DNA of 64,000 nucleotides from Dendrobates tinctorius. Its lineage: Eukaryota. The position numbers and the translations under genes were made by a program. Location: NCBI RefSeq assembly GCF_039654945.1, contig NW_027361765.1:25730001-25794000 (forward strand). The letters run 5' to 3'. A model generated the notes under the pieces. That model was not told the DNA's origin. It saw nothing but the letters and a program-made list of their open reading frames with translations, and did no database searches. Positions 26,511-39,744 of this stretch are shown in pieces (positions within the stretch are counted from its first letter, which is position 1; each line of letters begins with the position of its first letter).

Positions 26511-27993
26511 TTAGTGCCTTCTGTAGACCATGTAGACCCCATAGAGAGGATGCAGGAATTCGTGTAGTAGGTGGGGGGTAATCCTGATGGAACTAGAGCC
26601 CGCAATTCTAGGTGTCAGTAGAATATGTGCCATCCCAGGGTCTGACTTGGTCCAGGCCTCCACAAGGTTCACCCAGTGTGACATCAGGGAAATGTAGCAT
26701 CCCTGGCCACAAGCACTTATCCACATGTCGGTGGTTAAGTGGACCTTACCAGTATCTATGTAACTTACCAGGGCACAGATGATGTTATGGGACATGTGCT
26801 TTTGCAAGGCAGGGATGGCACACAGGGAGAAATAGTGGTGGCTGGGGACCGAGTACCAAGGGATGACCACCACCATGAGGTTGCGGACAGCCTCAATGTC
26901 CACAAGCCTAAAAGGAAACATTTCCAGGGCAAGCATTATGGAACTGTGTCCATTTAGTGTTTGGGCCTTTGGGTGGGTGGCTTTGTATTTCGTACTTGCA
27001 TTCCAAGGCCAGGATAGAGACAGCTGAAAACTTCGTTGGGGCAACAAAGAGGACGTTGTAGATGATGGTGGTTGCAAATGTGCAGCAACAGGTGCAGAAT
27101 GGGAGGCATATATGCCTGCATCCTGGACAGAGGATTGGCAAGTATGTAGTAGAGGGGAAGAGGCAGTGGTGTGACCTTCAGACACGGATTGTGGACTCAG
27201 TTGTTTGGCCCACCTAATCGGGTGCTTGGATGACATGTACTTGAGCATGCTGGTGGTGGTCAGGCTGGTAATAATCAGGCCCCTGCTGAACTTAATATAG
27301 CACAGGTTGCAAATGATCATTCGTTTATCACTGCACTTTCTTTGAAAAACCTGTAGACTGGGGAACACCTAACCCTTGGCTTTAGAGCTTCACGAGTGTG
27401 AGTGCTCTGGGGAACAGTTGCCCCCCTTCTCCCTTCGGCTACCCCACTGCCTCTTCCTGCCGGGTGCTGCGGATCAATCCCCCTCTGAGCGACTTGCCTT
27501 GTTCTGCATAGCACCTTCCTAGTTTGGGTCAGTGACTTCATCGTCCACAGCTCATCTTCCAGTTCCACACTCTGATCCATCTGACTTGTTGACTTAACAA
27601 CATCACTTGTTGTTTGCAACTGTGTCTTATCATCATCTACATCTTGAGACACTAATTACCGTTCTTCATAGATGTCTTCTATTGACTGTGCGTGCTCAAA
27701 TATATGTGCATCACTACACACAAGATCCTCATGTCCCACTTGAAACATGCATGTGAGAGGACAGAATCAATAAATGGACAAGTAAAATGCTTCTCGGAGT
27801 TTCCAAATGTGGGATAATTTGTCTCCTGGGAGATGTCATGGTGTGAGGAAGGAGGATTAGGGTGAGAATTATATTGTCTAGACTCTTGGTTAGTGAGACT
27901 GGACCATTTGGAAGACAGGGTGGTGCTGGGAAATATACTGGAAGCATTATCTGCCTTCCAACCGACCACCAGTTGGCACTTCTCTGGCTTCAA
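26511..27993 (-). pseudogene. hAT (BED zinc-finger) transposase remnant 1
   Basis: CNLC...KHP BED-like motif, LALEMFPFRLVD, and VHLTTDMW...YISLMSHWV. Confidence 0.85.
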
Positions 27994-28746
27994 GAGTGGT
28001 GTCCTGCGACCCCCTTACAAAGTGGAACAGGAAGCTAGGTCTTGTGGATGAGCATGTTTGCTGTGTTCCTGCCTCTTCCCACTTGCCTTGGGTCTGTGTT
28101 AAGTGGGGTAATGGTTGTGGGGTTGATAACAACTGTTTTATGGCTGCTGATGTCAAACCTACAGGTTAGCAATTGAGAGGTGCCTATAAGAAGGCCCTAT
28201 TACTAACCTCACAGTTTGATTGTAAAAACGACAAAGCCAGAATAAAATCCTTTAATTGAAATAATGACACAAACTCCTTTATTTGAAGTAAAAATAAAAA
28301 AGCACAGTTATACTCACCTTTACACATAAACCATTGAAGCCCATGTCACATGTAAAAGACAGAAAATAACAAACAACCATAATACTCACCTTTACGTATA
28401 ATCCACTGATGCTCATGTCCCACGGAAAAGAGCAAAAATTAAAAACAACCATATTCCTCACATGTCTGGTATGAAGATAATGCATACTGTCCCACGACGA
28501 TCCGGATAATTTGGTGAGCAGTCTTGTCTCAGTGTGAGCCGGCTGGCATGGATAGTGGTCACTTCACCAACTGCTATCCAAGTCATCCATATCATCATGC
28601 CACAGTATGGGTTATCTTCACATCAGACAGGTGAGGGCTAACTGTGCTATTTAATTTTTGTTTCAAATAAAGGAGTCAGAGTCTTTTTTCTGAAAGAAGG
28701 AATTTATTCTGGCTGTGTCTTTTTTACAATCTAACTATGGGGTTAG

Positions 28747-29670
28747 TGTTTTGAATTCTCTCTCTGGGCTTTCTCTGGTGGTTACTGAAGGTAGTGGAGC
28801 GGGTCAGATTGACAGAGGTGTTGCGAGTTCTCTTTCTGGGTTCCCTCTGGTGGTTACTGGAGGTAGTGGAGCTGGTCAGACTGACAGAGGCTTGCCACCT
28901 GATAATGATAATGACAATTGGAGATCTGGGGTTTCTGACTGGGGTTTAAGACAGCTGACTTCCTTCAATCCCTGCTGGTGATTTTCTTCCTGTGCCTTCT
29001 GAGGTCTGATGTCTCCTGCTCTGTTCCTGCATGGTTCAGCTAAGTGTTTCATTTGCTAATCTTTTTGCATTTGATCTGGTTTTGTCTATCTCTGCTTTGT
29101 GTGGGTCAGCTTGCTCCTGCTGGGGCTGTGCTGGATCACCGCCCATATGTTACTGCTTGTGTCAGTTTGTTCTGTCCCCTGTTATATTGGTCTCTTTTTG
29201 CTTTGCTTTCAGTATATACCAGAGTGCTGATATAGTGGAGCGAAGTCGTGTGATTTCAGTGTTTTTTTTGAGCATCAGGCGTGTTGGATTTTTCTGGATT
29301 TTTTGCTTGATTGCAGACAGTGTCTTTCCTTTCCTGTCCTGTATAGTCAGTCTGGGCCCCATCATTTGCTCAGTCTATTTTTCTGCCTGCATTTGTGTTT
29401 TCATCTTGTCTCACCGACAATATATGTTTGGGGGCTATCGATTCCTTTGGGGACTGCTCCGGGGCAGTTTAGATTTCACCTTTCTTGCTTTAGGCTGAGT
29501 TAGCTCTCCAGCTGTGCCGAGGCGTCTAGGGCATCATACGTATGCTCCACCGCTACTGCTAGTTGTGTCGATAGGATCAGGGGTATGCAATCCGCTTAGT
29601 TACCAACCTCTCTGGTTTTCTGGTGGCTTAGTCTGGTCCTGCTATCCTCCTCGGTGACTCATTCATAACA
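28747..29670. mobile_element. Solo LTR, same family as 62896-63808
   Basis: TGTT...AACA termini. GGTTAG on both flanks. Collinear similarity to the second copy. Confidence 0.85.
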
Positions 29671-30564
29671 GGTTAGTTAGTTAGTCTTATAGACTCCTCT
29701 CCATTACTATCCTCTGGGCTTGATGTCACCACATCAGGGCAAGAGGGAAGAGTGAGGTTAAACGCCAGATTTGGTGCATCTTATGGATGCACCATTTATG
29801 GGGTGGCTAAGAGCTTTTGTTTTTAGTATGGGAGGGGGACAATATTCATGGCCCTTCCCTAGGCTATTAATATCAGCTCACAGCTGTCTGCACAGCCTTT
29901 GCTGGTTACTGAATATATAGGGTCCCCATGTCATTTTTGGGGTGTTCTCCTCTGTAATAAATAGTAAAGGCTAAGGAAACAGCTGTGAGCTATTAGCTGC
30001 CTGAGATACTTTATGGCTATTGGCTCCTTCTCAGAATATTAACATCAGCCCTGAGCCATCATCTTTCCATCTTCATCTTATGAAAATTAAAGGGTACACC
30101 ACCCCATTTTTTCATTTTTTTGTTATTTATTAATAAGTACAGTAAAATAGTCACCCAAGGTAACCTTAGTTCACAGCCTCCTAGTGTTCTAGCAGTTGGA
30201 AGCTCCAGTAGCCTTCAATTGTCTCTCAAAGTGTCCCATGAGGTTTCCAGGCCCCGCAGCTGCCAGGAGACCCAGTGGCTATGAAGATTACTTGAGTTCA
30301 AGCCTGGCCTCTTGATAGCTCCAGTGCTGGACTCTTCAATGCCAGATTGCCATGTGCTGGAATTGCAAGTAAAGATGAGCGAACCTTTCAAGGTTTGGTT
30401 TAGATCAAAGAACTTCCCAATGTTCGCTGAAAAGTTCTCCGAACAGTTTATAGAACATAACCGAACCCCATTGAATTCGATGGGAGGCAAATCCAAATGC
30501 ATAGACAACACTTTCAGGGGGGTCGAAAAGCTGCCAAAACAGTTCAAATTAGGCTGACACTAGG

Positions 30565-31420
30565 AAAAGTGGCACCAATCGACCGACAGCAGAAATTTTA
30601 TAATGGCACAGCAGCAGTCAGGCAAGGGCCATGCATGAGACAAGGTCTGAGCCAGTATTTACAGCTTTGAATTTAAGCTCAAATTAAGAGGTGGGTGAAA
30701 GACCAGTTTAGGCCTACTATGCTGGGAGCCCTGATAACTCATGCAACAGCTCAAACTGCTTTTCTGCTCAGCCACACACAGGTGGCACAACAATCTGCCT
30801 CTTAGACTACTATTGTTAGAAAAATGTTAGGGTAGTAGCACAGGTAGTTGACTGAAAGTAAGTGCAGGCCTGCTGGTCTGGGTGCACTACTGCTACAAGC
30901 AACACACATGAAGGAGACAAAGCATGGAGTCCAAACATTTCCAAAAATTAAAGGCAGACAATAGGAGAAGTAACATCAATTGACTCACAGTAGAAAATTT
31001 ATAATGGCACTGCAGCAGTCAGGCATGGGCCATGCAAAATCCAGAGTCTGGGTCAGCATTTACAGCTTTGAATTTAAGTTCAAGTTAAGAGGTAGGTGAG
31101 GGACCGATGTATGCCTGCTATGCTGGGAGCCCTGATACCTCATGAAACAGCTCAAACTGCTTTTATCCTCAGCCACACTCAGGTGGCACAAATATCAGTT
31201 TCATAGACTACTTTTGTTAGAAAAATGTAAGGATAGCAACACAGTTAGTTGATTGAAAGTACTGTAAGTACAGGCCTGCCCGTCTCATAGCCCTACTGCT
31301 ACAGGCAACACATTTGAAGGAGATTCATCTTGGAGTCCAAGCATTTCCAAAAATTGGGGGCAGACACAACTAAAGTGGCATCAGTTTCCCCAGAAGAGAA
31401 ATATTATAATGGGGTTCTGA
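30565..31420. repeat. ~400-bp tandem repeat (about 2.1 units) inside the hAT region
   Basis: AATTTTATAATGGCAC..CAGCAGTCAGGCA recurs at ~30593 and ~30995, with a partial copy at ~31400. Confidence 0.75.
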
Positions 31421-31429
31421 CACCCCTTC

Positions 31430-32886
31430 CACTACAGGCAACCCACCATATGGAGACCCAACTTGGAGTCTCCACTTTTCAAAAAATTATTGCCAAACAT
31501 TACTAAAGTGACATCAATTTCCTCAAAGTAGAAAAAAATTGTTAGTAACATCAGCAGCAGTAGCACCAGTAGCCACATACACCATGATAACGGTGTTACA
31601 GACTGAAATAACTCAAAATCAATGCGGCACACTAAAAAATACACCATCGCCTAGCCTGCCCAGTCTGCGACTTGGGTTCAGAAGTCATTGGAGATCCATG
31701 ACTTGTTCATGGCCAACAGATTGGAGATGGAGAAGTTTAAGCTCTTAGCTTTGGAATGTGTAGGAAGAAACAATCTTATGTAACCACAACTGTAGGACCA
31801 AGGGCTGGCTGCTGTTCTTTGAGATGGAGGATTTGCGTGAACATGACAAACTGCCTGACTGTGAGTGAGGTACAGGCAGAAATGTTACGGTGGATTGACA
31901 AGGATACAGTGTGCTCAGTCTCAGAGATAGGTAAAAAATAGCAGGCATATCCACTTCCTTAACAGTTGATGAGCTCTCACTCACCCTGACTGTAGTGGGT
32001 AAACAAGTGGAGGTTCTGCGGCCAGACACCTGAGTGAGAACACTTGCCATGGTGACGGAGGAGGAAGAAGCAGCTGATGCAGTTAATGGCGCGGACGGTG
32101 GCTGGCAATGCGTGCTATGCCACATTTTAGCTCAGTGAGATTTCCAGACTAATGCATGTTGATCGTGCATGTGCCGGTTCATGCATGTAGTAGTCAAATT
32201 ATTGACATTTTTGTGCTTCTAGTGAGTTAGCTGATAACATGAGTTGGGTCATCCTTTGCAGTCTCAAAAAAGGCCCAGGCTAGGCAACCCTTGCCACCCT
32301 TGCAAACTACAGACCAGCAACCACTGCTGGCCACTGCCAAAGTTTTGGCTAAGGATGCAGTGTTTTTCATGGTTGCATCATTCCGTGTCTGTGTGGGAAG
32401 CCGCAACGTAACTTCCTCGTCTTCCTCCTCTTCCACCTCCTCTGCTGATAAACTCAGCTGCATGCCACTGGATTTACACCATGTGGGATCTAAAACCTCA
32501 TCGTCATCCTCTATGTTCTCCTTAGCCCTGAGATTCACCCATCTCCTCTTCCTACCCTGACAGCACAGTACAGTCCACATGCGCCTCAGGTATCTGAGTC
32601 TCCTCAGGATCATCTCCACCCCGATGGTAAACTTCTGGTTATGAGGGTCTGGATTCTGCTTGGACCCTACTTTGTCTGGCACTGGATACAACTGAAAAAC
32701 ATTTAGGGCATCGATGCTGATGCTTTCCTTCTCTTGCGTCTGTGAATCTTTGGAGCAGACCTCTGATGTCCATGGAATAGAATGTGTGAACAGCTCTGCA
32801 GACTCACCCATCTGCGGTACTCCAAAGTTGGCTGGGCGGTAGGAGAGTTGTGATGCATGGAGAAACATGGGTAATTGGGGTCCCAC
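31430..32886 (-). pseudogene. hAT transposase remnant 2, heavily degraded
   Basis: Acidic N-terminus followed by a BED-like start AWAFFETAKDDPTHVI. Lies between hAT-like termini at ~30370 and 33122. Confidence 0.6.
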
Positions 32887-34643
32887 CTCTGAGGACTCTA
32901 CTGTGCGAGATGTTAAGGTTGAGGAAGAAGAGGGTCACTTGTTGCAGTGCTTGCCATCCACTAGCCTTCATCTACAAGGTGTACTGCTGTGTGGCTGTCA
33001 AGGAAAGAAAGTTGTGTAGTGCATTGAGGAAAATGCTCGGGAATTTGAACATGAATCAAAATGTGCAATGTTCGTGCTGATTTTGAGATTGGCAAATGTT
33101 TTTTGAAGTTCACTCATCTCTATTCGTGGGCGTTCATCATTACGTACTGTCAATTTCAAAGCAAGAAAAACAGTTGCTATGATGTGACATTACTGCTCTT
33201 GTTAATAAATAAAAAAAAGTTTTAAAAAAGTGTGGGGGCCCTCTTAATTTTCATAAGCAGCAGATGGAAAGACGACAGCTGAAGGCTGATGTTAATATCC
33301 AAAACTTTCTCACTCAGCAAGTGGTGCCCTAAGTGAGATCACCAGGGTTAATCAGGTATGAACTCCATAGAACTCATGGTAGCTCAGCGCTAGACACTGC
33401 AGGAGTGATTTTGCTCCTGTGCTAGTGTAAGGCGGCTGGCTGAGATAGCGGTCATATCACTGATGTTACCGCTATCCAAATCATCCATATCATCGTGGGA
33501 CATTATGGATTATCTTCACATTGGACAGGTGAAGGATATAGTTGTTTATTATTTTTTTTCTTTTCCAGGGGGCATGGGCATCAGTGATTTAGGGGTAAAG
33601 GTGAGTATTATGGTTGTTTATTATTTTCTGTTTTGGATTGGGTGTAAAGGTGAGCATAACTGTGCTTTTTAATTTTTATTTCAAATAAAGGAGTCTGTGT
33701 CATTATTTCAATTAAAGGATTTCATTCTGGCTCTGTCTTTTTTACAATCTAACTATGGGATTAGTAAAGGGGGGTCTCACAGACACCTCTTTAAAACTAA
33801 CCTATGGGTGTGATGTCAGTGGCCATAAATCAGCTGACATTAAAATCACAATGATTACCCCACTTGCCACAGCACCAGGTCGTGGGAAGAGCTGGGCAAA
33901 GCACCAGAATTGGCACATCTAATAGATTTGCCTTTTCTGGGACTGATATTTTTAGGTTGAGGGGGCGATATCCATGGCTCCTTTCAAGTCTGAGAATAGC
34001 AGCAGCCAGCTGTTTTGCTTTAGCTTGGCTGGTTGTCAAAAATGGGGGGACTCTAAGACTTTTTTAAACTTTTACTTAAATAATTAAAAAAAGGTGTGGG
34101 ATTCCTCCTTTCTTGATAACTAGCCATGATAAAGCTGACAAATGAGGGTTGCAGCCTGCAGCTGTCAGTTTTGCCTGCGCTGGTTATCAAAAATAGATGA
34201 GACCCTATGTCATTTTTTCTAAATTTAATTATTTATAGCTAAGGCGCCGGCTGATGAATACTCCCATCAGCCGTGCCTGCTCTCTATGTTTTTCTCAGCG
34301 ACAGCAGGCATAGGCTGATGAGAGTAGTACTCTCTCATCAGCCGATGCCTGTGACCTGTGGCAACCACTTTACCAGTGACAGCTGCTGGCTCACTTTCTC
34401 ATCTGATAGTGTGGGAACAGCAGCTCTCTTACCAGCAATAATGATCTTACCGCAGATCAGAGGTAGTGTTTGCCGTGCTGTCATGCAGATGGCAGCATGG
34501 CAAACAGATGTTCTGGACACCTATTCATCTGAATAGGGTCCTGGTTCAGGCTCATGTACTGTTCTGGCACCCAAGCCAAACTGTTTTTTAGATGATCGGT
34601 TGAACCTGCCGGACCCGAACATCTACTGGTGCGCTCATCACTA

Positions 34644-37330
34644 TATAAGACTCATGGGACATTCATATGTTCTTTTTCCAATGTGGTGTACTTAGTTTTG
34701 TACATTATTTCTCCTACTGGAGATCTCTATGTTTGGTACATCATTTGTCCTACTGGAGGTCTCTATGTTTGAGAAACAGGACTGAAGCTGAGAGTAAGAT
34801 GAGAGCTCAACGCCACACAATTACAACCAAAAAAAATCCCACCAAGGTGTGGCTAAACATTTCTGTGGTTCATGGAAACAACATGAACAACATGAAACTT
34901 GTTATAATTATCGTTGAGCATTCCGATACTGCAAATATCAGGTATCGGCCGATATTCGCGGTATTGGAGTTCCGATACTGAGTTCCGATATTTTTACAAT
35001 ATCGAATACCGGAATTGGAAGTTCCCATAATGCAATGAGCCAGTTGAGGATCCTAAGAAGTGTGGGCACATCCTGTTAGGTATGCTGAAATGATGTCATC
35101 ATGATGCGTTATAATGGAGTGTGGGCGGTGCGTGGGCGGAGACTGCGTGTCTGTGTGTGCAGGTGGGGTCTGCGCATGACCGTGAGGGGTCTGTACAGGA
35201 CAGCCGGGGGTCTGTGCAGGCTGCCGGGGGTCTGTGCGTGCCTACCGGGGGTCTGTGCGGGCTGCCGGGGGTCTGTGCGGGCTGCCGGGGGTCTGTGCTG
35301 GCCTACCGGGGGTCTGTGCAGGCTGCCGGGGGGTCTGTGCGGGCCTGCCGGGGGACCGTGCGGGCCTGCCGTGGGTCTGTCGGGGGTTGTGTGTGTGTGC
35401 AGGCATCATCCGATGGGACTACAGGCTATGCCTGCTACAATGACAGTGATTGATACATTAGCCAATGATGGGACAGTAGTAGTCCCATCATTCGGCTAAT
35501 GTGTTGAAAGTAAAAAAACCCCAATACAATACATTCATACAATACATACATATAGACATACAGTACATATAACATAGAGTACATACTCACCATCACTTGT
35601 CACTTTGATCCCTGAAGCCAGTGTCATCTGTAAAAAATAGTAAAATAGCAAACAACCAATATACTCCCTGATCCGCAGAAATCCACGAGTGTCCCACGAC
35701 GATCTCCCCTATAGAACAGTGACATCTATAGGACCTTCAGTGACACACTGACAGGAGACAGTCGCTCCTGCAGTGCATCACTGAGAGGTTACTATAGTTC
35801 ACTGGTCTCACTTTATGGCAAAAGCTGCGTGGGCAGTTTCTCACACAGCAATGCCAAAAGTGAGACTAGGGACTATTTTTTTACAGTGGCGGAGGAATAC
35901 AGTGCGGAAGGATACCTTCCTCTCGTCATTGTATTTCTGGAGCCCCTAGAGAGCGGTCGCATCAGTTGATGCTGCTGTTCTCCACGGGAGATCGTCGTGG
36001 GACACTCGTGGATTTCTGTGGATCAGGGAGTATATTGATTGTTTGTTATTTTAATATTTTTTACAGATGACACTGGCTTCGGGGATCAAAGTGACAAGTG
36101 ATGGTGAGTATGTACTGTATGTTATATGTACTGTATGTCTATATGTATGTATTGTATGAATGTCTTGTATGTAGAATGTATGTAGTGTGTATGTATGTAG
36201 TATGTATGTAGTATGTATGTATGTAGTATGTATGTAGTATGTATGTATGTAGTATGCATGTAGTATGATGTATGTAGTATGTATGTATGTATGTATGTAG
36301 TATGTATGTTTGTGTTTTTTTTTACATTAAACACATTAGCCGGATGATGGGACTACTACTGTCCCATCATTGGCTAATGTGTCAATCTCTGTCTTTGTAG
36401 CAGGCATAGCCCGATGGGACTTGTAGTCCCATCGTAAGATGCCTGCACACAGACACAAAGACCCCCGGCAAGCCCGCACAGACCCCCGGCAGCCCCGTAC
36501 AGACCCCTGGCAGGCCCGCACAGACCCCCGGCAGGCCCGCACAGACCCCCGGCAGCCCGCACAGACCCCCGGCAGGCCCGTACAGACCCCCGGCAGGCCC
36601 GCACAGACCCCCGGCAGGCCCACACAGACCCCCGAGAGGCCCATACAGACCCCGCCCACACGCACAGTGTCCGCCCACACACCGCCCACACTCTTCCCCC
36701 CTCCCGAACTGGATGTGCAAAGAAAGAAAGGGTTTATTTCCATTCCGATATTTGTGTCCCATTGACTTGCATTGGTTTCCGGTATCGGAATCGGCGATAC
36801 CCGATATTTTTGGGGTATCGGTCCGATCTTATCCGATCTGATATTTCCCGATATCAGAAGGTATCGCTGAACACTAGTTATAATAAATGTAAACTTTAAA
36901 TCACAAAAGCATCGAAGGGCCTGGGAACAAAAATTAATGGCAGTCTCTGATAACCTCCACACATGACTGAATCTATCATAAGGGTTTAAGACTTAGTACA
37001 AAATCTGAGAAATCAGCATCTGCTCTAGAGACATTGAGGTCATCAGGTATGGAACAATAAAACTTCCACATGACTTATCTAAGCTAATGAAGGATTTATT
37101 CTCTGAGCTCAGTTTATTTGTTTGTTTTTAATGTCCTTTTATTATGTCATGTCTCTGCTCTTTTTGTCTGTATATTTGTGTTTCTTCAGATGCTTTGTCA
37201 AACCATACCTGATGAAGAGACCTCCATAGTCTACAGTAGAAACCTTGCTTTGTAGCATCATTATTTTATGTTTGTTAGCAGTTAAAAGCTATCATAACTT
37301 AAAGATTATTATTTTGTTTCTCCCACTAAG
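34644..37330 (+). pseudogene. Penelope GIY-YIG endonuclease C-terminus and 3' pLTR, interrupted by the MITE at 34909-36876
   Basis: Reads CSFSNVVYLV...LYV*ETGLKLRVR...VAKHF...MKLVII, then resumes NFKSQKHRRAWEQKLM...LNLS. A CTGATGAAGAGAC motif lies at ~37209. Confidence 0.75.
34909..36876. mobile_element. Complete hAT-type foldback MITE
   Basis: 8-bp TSD GTTATAAT at 34901-34908 and 36877-36884. Long internal inverted arms. Confidence 0.88.
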
Positions 37331-38212
37331 AAAAATCGCTCTTTGTGGAAAAACATACATGGCAATATGGGACTTTACATATATAAGTGACTTAACCCTT
37401 TATAGAACACTATATCTTGAGTTTTATAGGGGTTTACTTGTTAAAGACAAGTAAAACATAATCACTGTATAATGAGAGGTGATGAAAATTTTACATATAC
37501 GCTAATAGAAACATTCTTTTTCACATCCTGAACCTAAATACCTATTCTGATGATGTCCTGCTGACATAGGTGCAGGACCCATGATAATAGGGAACTGTGA
37601 TAGATTTAGCAAGCTCTGCAGCTGTCCTAGCAGAATATAACTAGGACTTTTTTTTGCCTCAAAATAGAAGTAAGAATGATTCCAGTAATTGACTGCAAAC
37701 ATATCTTTAAAATGGATAGAAATTGATACACAAATTACAGTAGAAGTTGAATAATTTTCTCATATTGATATTATTAAAAAACTAGAAAACTAATGTAATG
37801 ACTGGCCATTTCCAGTATGTTGTATCCTAAAAGTTTTAGTATAGGTTATTTTTGATTGCTATATGTGACAGATATGGATTTATTTTCAACAATATTAATG
37901 AATTTAATTATTAAAGTTTTTTTCCCATGAACAAAGTTAATTTTAATCGATAGACTCAGGAATAAAAATAAGTTCCACAATTGGATGTATTAAAAAATAT
38001 TCCTGTGCTGGGATAATCTTATAAATGTGCCCCTGCTATGTTCTGTATAATGGCTGTGTCTGACCGTGCTGGAACATGATATGTTCATTTCACATCTCCT
38101 GGCTAGGGAAGGACGCAAAAGAATATACAGACAGCATGAGATCGTAGCTAATTCTTTCTGTGGGGTAAACATTGTTTAAAAACAGGCTGTACAATGTTTT
38201 AACTCACAAAAA

Positions 38213-38440
38213 GAATTATTATTATTATTTATTATTATAGCGCCATTTATTCCATGGCGCTTTACATGTGAGGAGGAGTGTACATAATAAATACTAGTAC
38301 AGTAATCTTAAACAATACAAGTCATGACTGGTACAGGATGAGAGAGGACCCTGCCCGCAAGGGCTCACAATCTACAAGGGATGGATGAGGATACAGTAGG
38401 CGAGGGTAGAGCTGGTCGTGCAGCGGTTTGGTGAATCAGC
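38213..38440 (-). mobile_element. L2 LINE 3' fragment
   Basis: Minus strand TAGATTGTGAGCCC...GCAGGGTCCTCTC...GTAAAGCGCCATGGAATAAATGGCGCTATAATAATAAATAATAAT. Confidence 0.75.
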
Positions 38441-38461
38441 TGTGATTCCGTGCTGTCCTGT

Positions 38462-39668
38462 TGCAGGGTTCGAGCTGGTTCGCAGGATGCAGTGACGAGA
38501 CACGAGACTGAGTGTGGTTTGTGGAATAAAATTTTATAAACTGTAGCCGCTGGGCTATTTTGAGCAAACAAAAGGTGTTAACAACAACCAGTCCACGCAG
38601 GGACTCAACAAACCTAACAACACTTTCTTATTGTAAATGCGACTAACCCGGTTTGCCCGGGTGCTATAGGCCACGTATGACCTAACTGAGTGGTCCTTAT
38701 TTCCTATAGTAAACTTATCTTTCCAGGTGTCTGTCAGGATCACAGGCGTGGACGCGTAGAGGTCGCTGATGTGGCTGCCTTGACGCCTCGATATTCTGGG
38801 ATGAAACTGGGCTCAACAGGCCCTAGAAGAAGCGATGCTGGTGGGGCGCAACAGGCCCTGGAGAAATTATGCTGGTGGGGCGCAACAGGCCCTGGAGAAA
38901 TGATGACGGTGGGACGCAACAGGCCCTGAAGAAACGATGACGGTGGGGCGCAACAGGCACTGAAGAAACGATGACGGTGGGGCGCAATGGGCCCTGAAGA
39001 AACGGTGCTGGTGGGGCGCAACAGACCCTGAAGAAACGATGACAGTGGGGCGCAGCAGGCCCTGAAGAAACGATGATGCTGGGGCGCAACGGGCCCTGAA
39101 GAAACGATGACGGAGTTCCAAACTGACCAGTAACTGTCCTCTGATAAGAGTCCCTCCACAGCCGGGAAATGGGTCTCTAATGTTGCCTAGGACGAGGTTA
39201 TGTCCCCTGCGGCCCGTGATGACAGGGTCGCCGTGGTGGGAGAAGACCGGGGGGGCAGTGTCCAGGCCTCTGTGGCCGTTTTTCATGTTGTCACAGCTGC
39301 GTCCTGAGGTGAGGGATCTGTCTCGCCAAGGCAGGGGGCGGCGGGCGTGGCTTTCGACGAATGGGGGCGGGAAGCAGCCTCTGGTAGAAGTCTCTCCTTT
39401 TTCCCTTGTCGGTGAGTGCCCAGTATCCTCCTCACAGGCTCCTGTCGGTGTCCCTTCAAGTCACCCGGCTTCCTGTCTCCTGTCCCACTCTCAACTGCCA
39501 CTTCAGCACGCCCCCTGCTCCTTTTATCCTTGCCCCGCCCCCTGTTTCCCTGACAACTTCAGTCAAGTCTCTCCCTTTACTGTCCTCCCAGTATCGTTTC
39601 CTCAGGAACCCTGATGGCGGTCCCCTGGGTACCTGCCCGGTCACTGCCTGGGAGTCCTCCTCCCCACA
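38462..39668 (-). repeat. 3' LTR of the gypsy element
   Basis: Direct repeat of 44695-45869. Preceded on the minus strand by PPT AGGGTGGGGAG. Confidence 0.92.
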
Positions 39669-39744
39669 CTCCCCACCCTGTAAGCTCACCAGTACTCGGC
39701 GAGGGCCTTAGTCTTTTGAGATTGGTCTGTAGGGGTTTCAATGT

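Larger units (their letters stand above)
13841..34643. mobile_element. Composite region of decayed hAT elements with many nested insertions
   Basis: Begins at a hAT-like terminus TAGTGTAGAACAAGCA and ends at GCGCTCATCACTA. Internal termini lie at ~30370 and 33122, with two hAT transposase remnants. No matching TSD, so probably more than one element. Confidence 0.55.

Noticed and set aside
34248-34350. CTGATGA motifs as hammerheads
   Set aside because: They sit in simple palindromes with no GAAA or three-way junction.
38820-39115. Regularly spaced repeats resembling a CRISPR array
   Set aside because: Head-to-tail units with no unique spacers and no cas genes, located inside eukaryotic LTRs.
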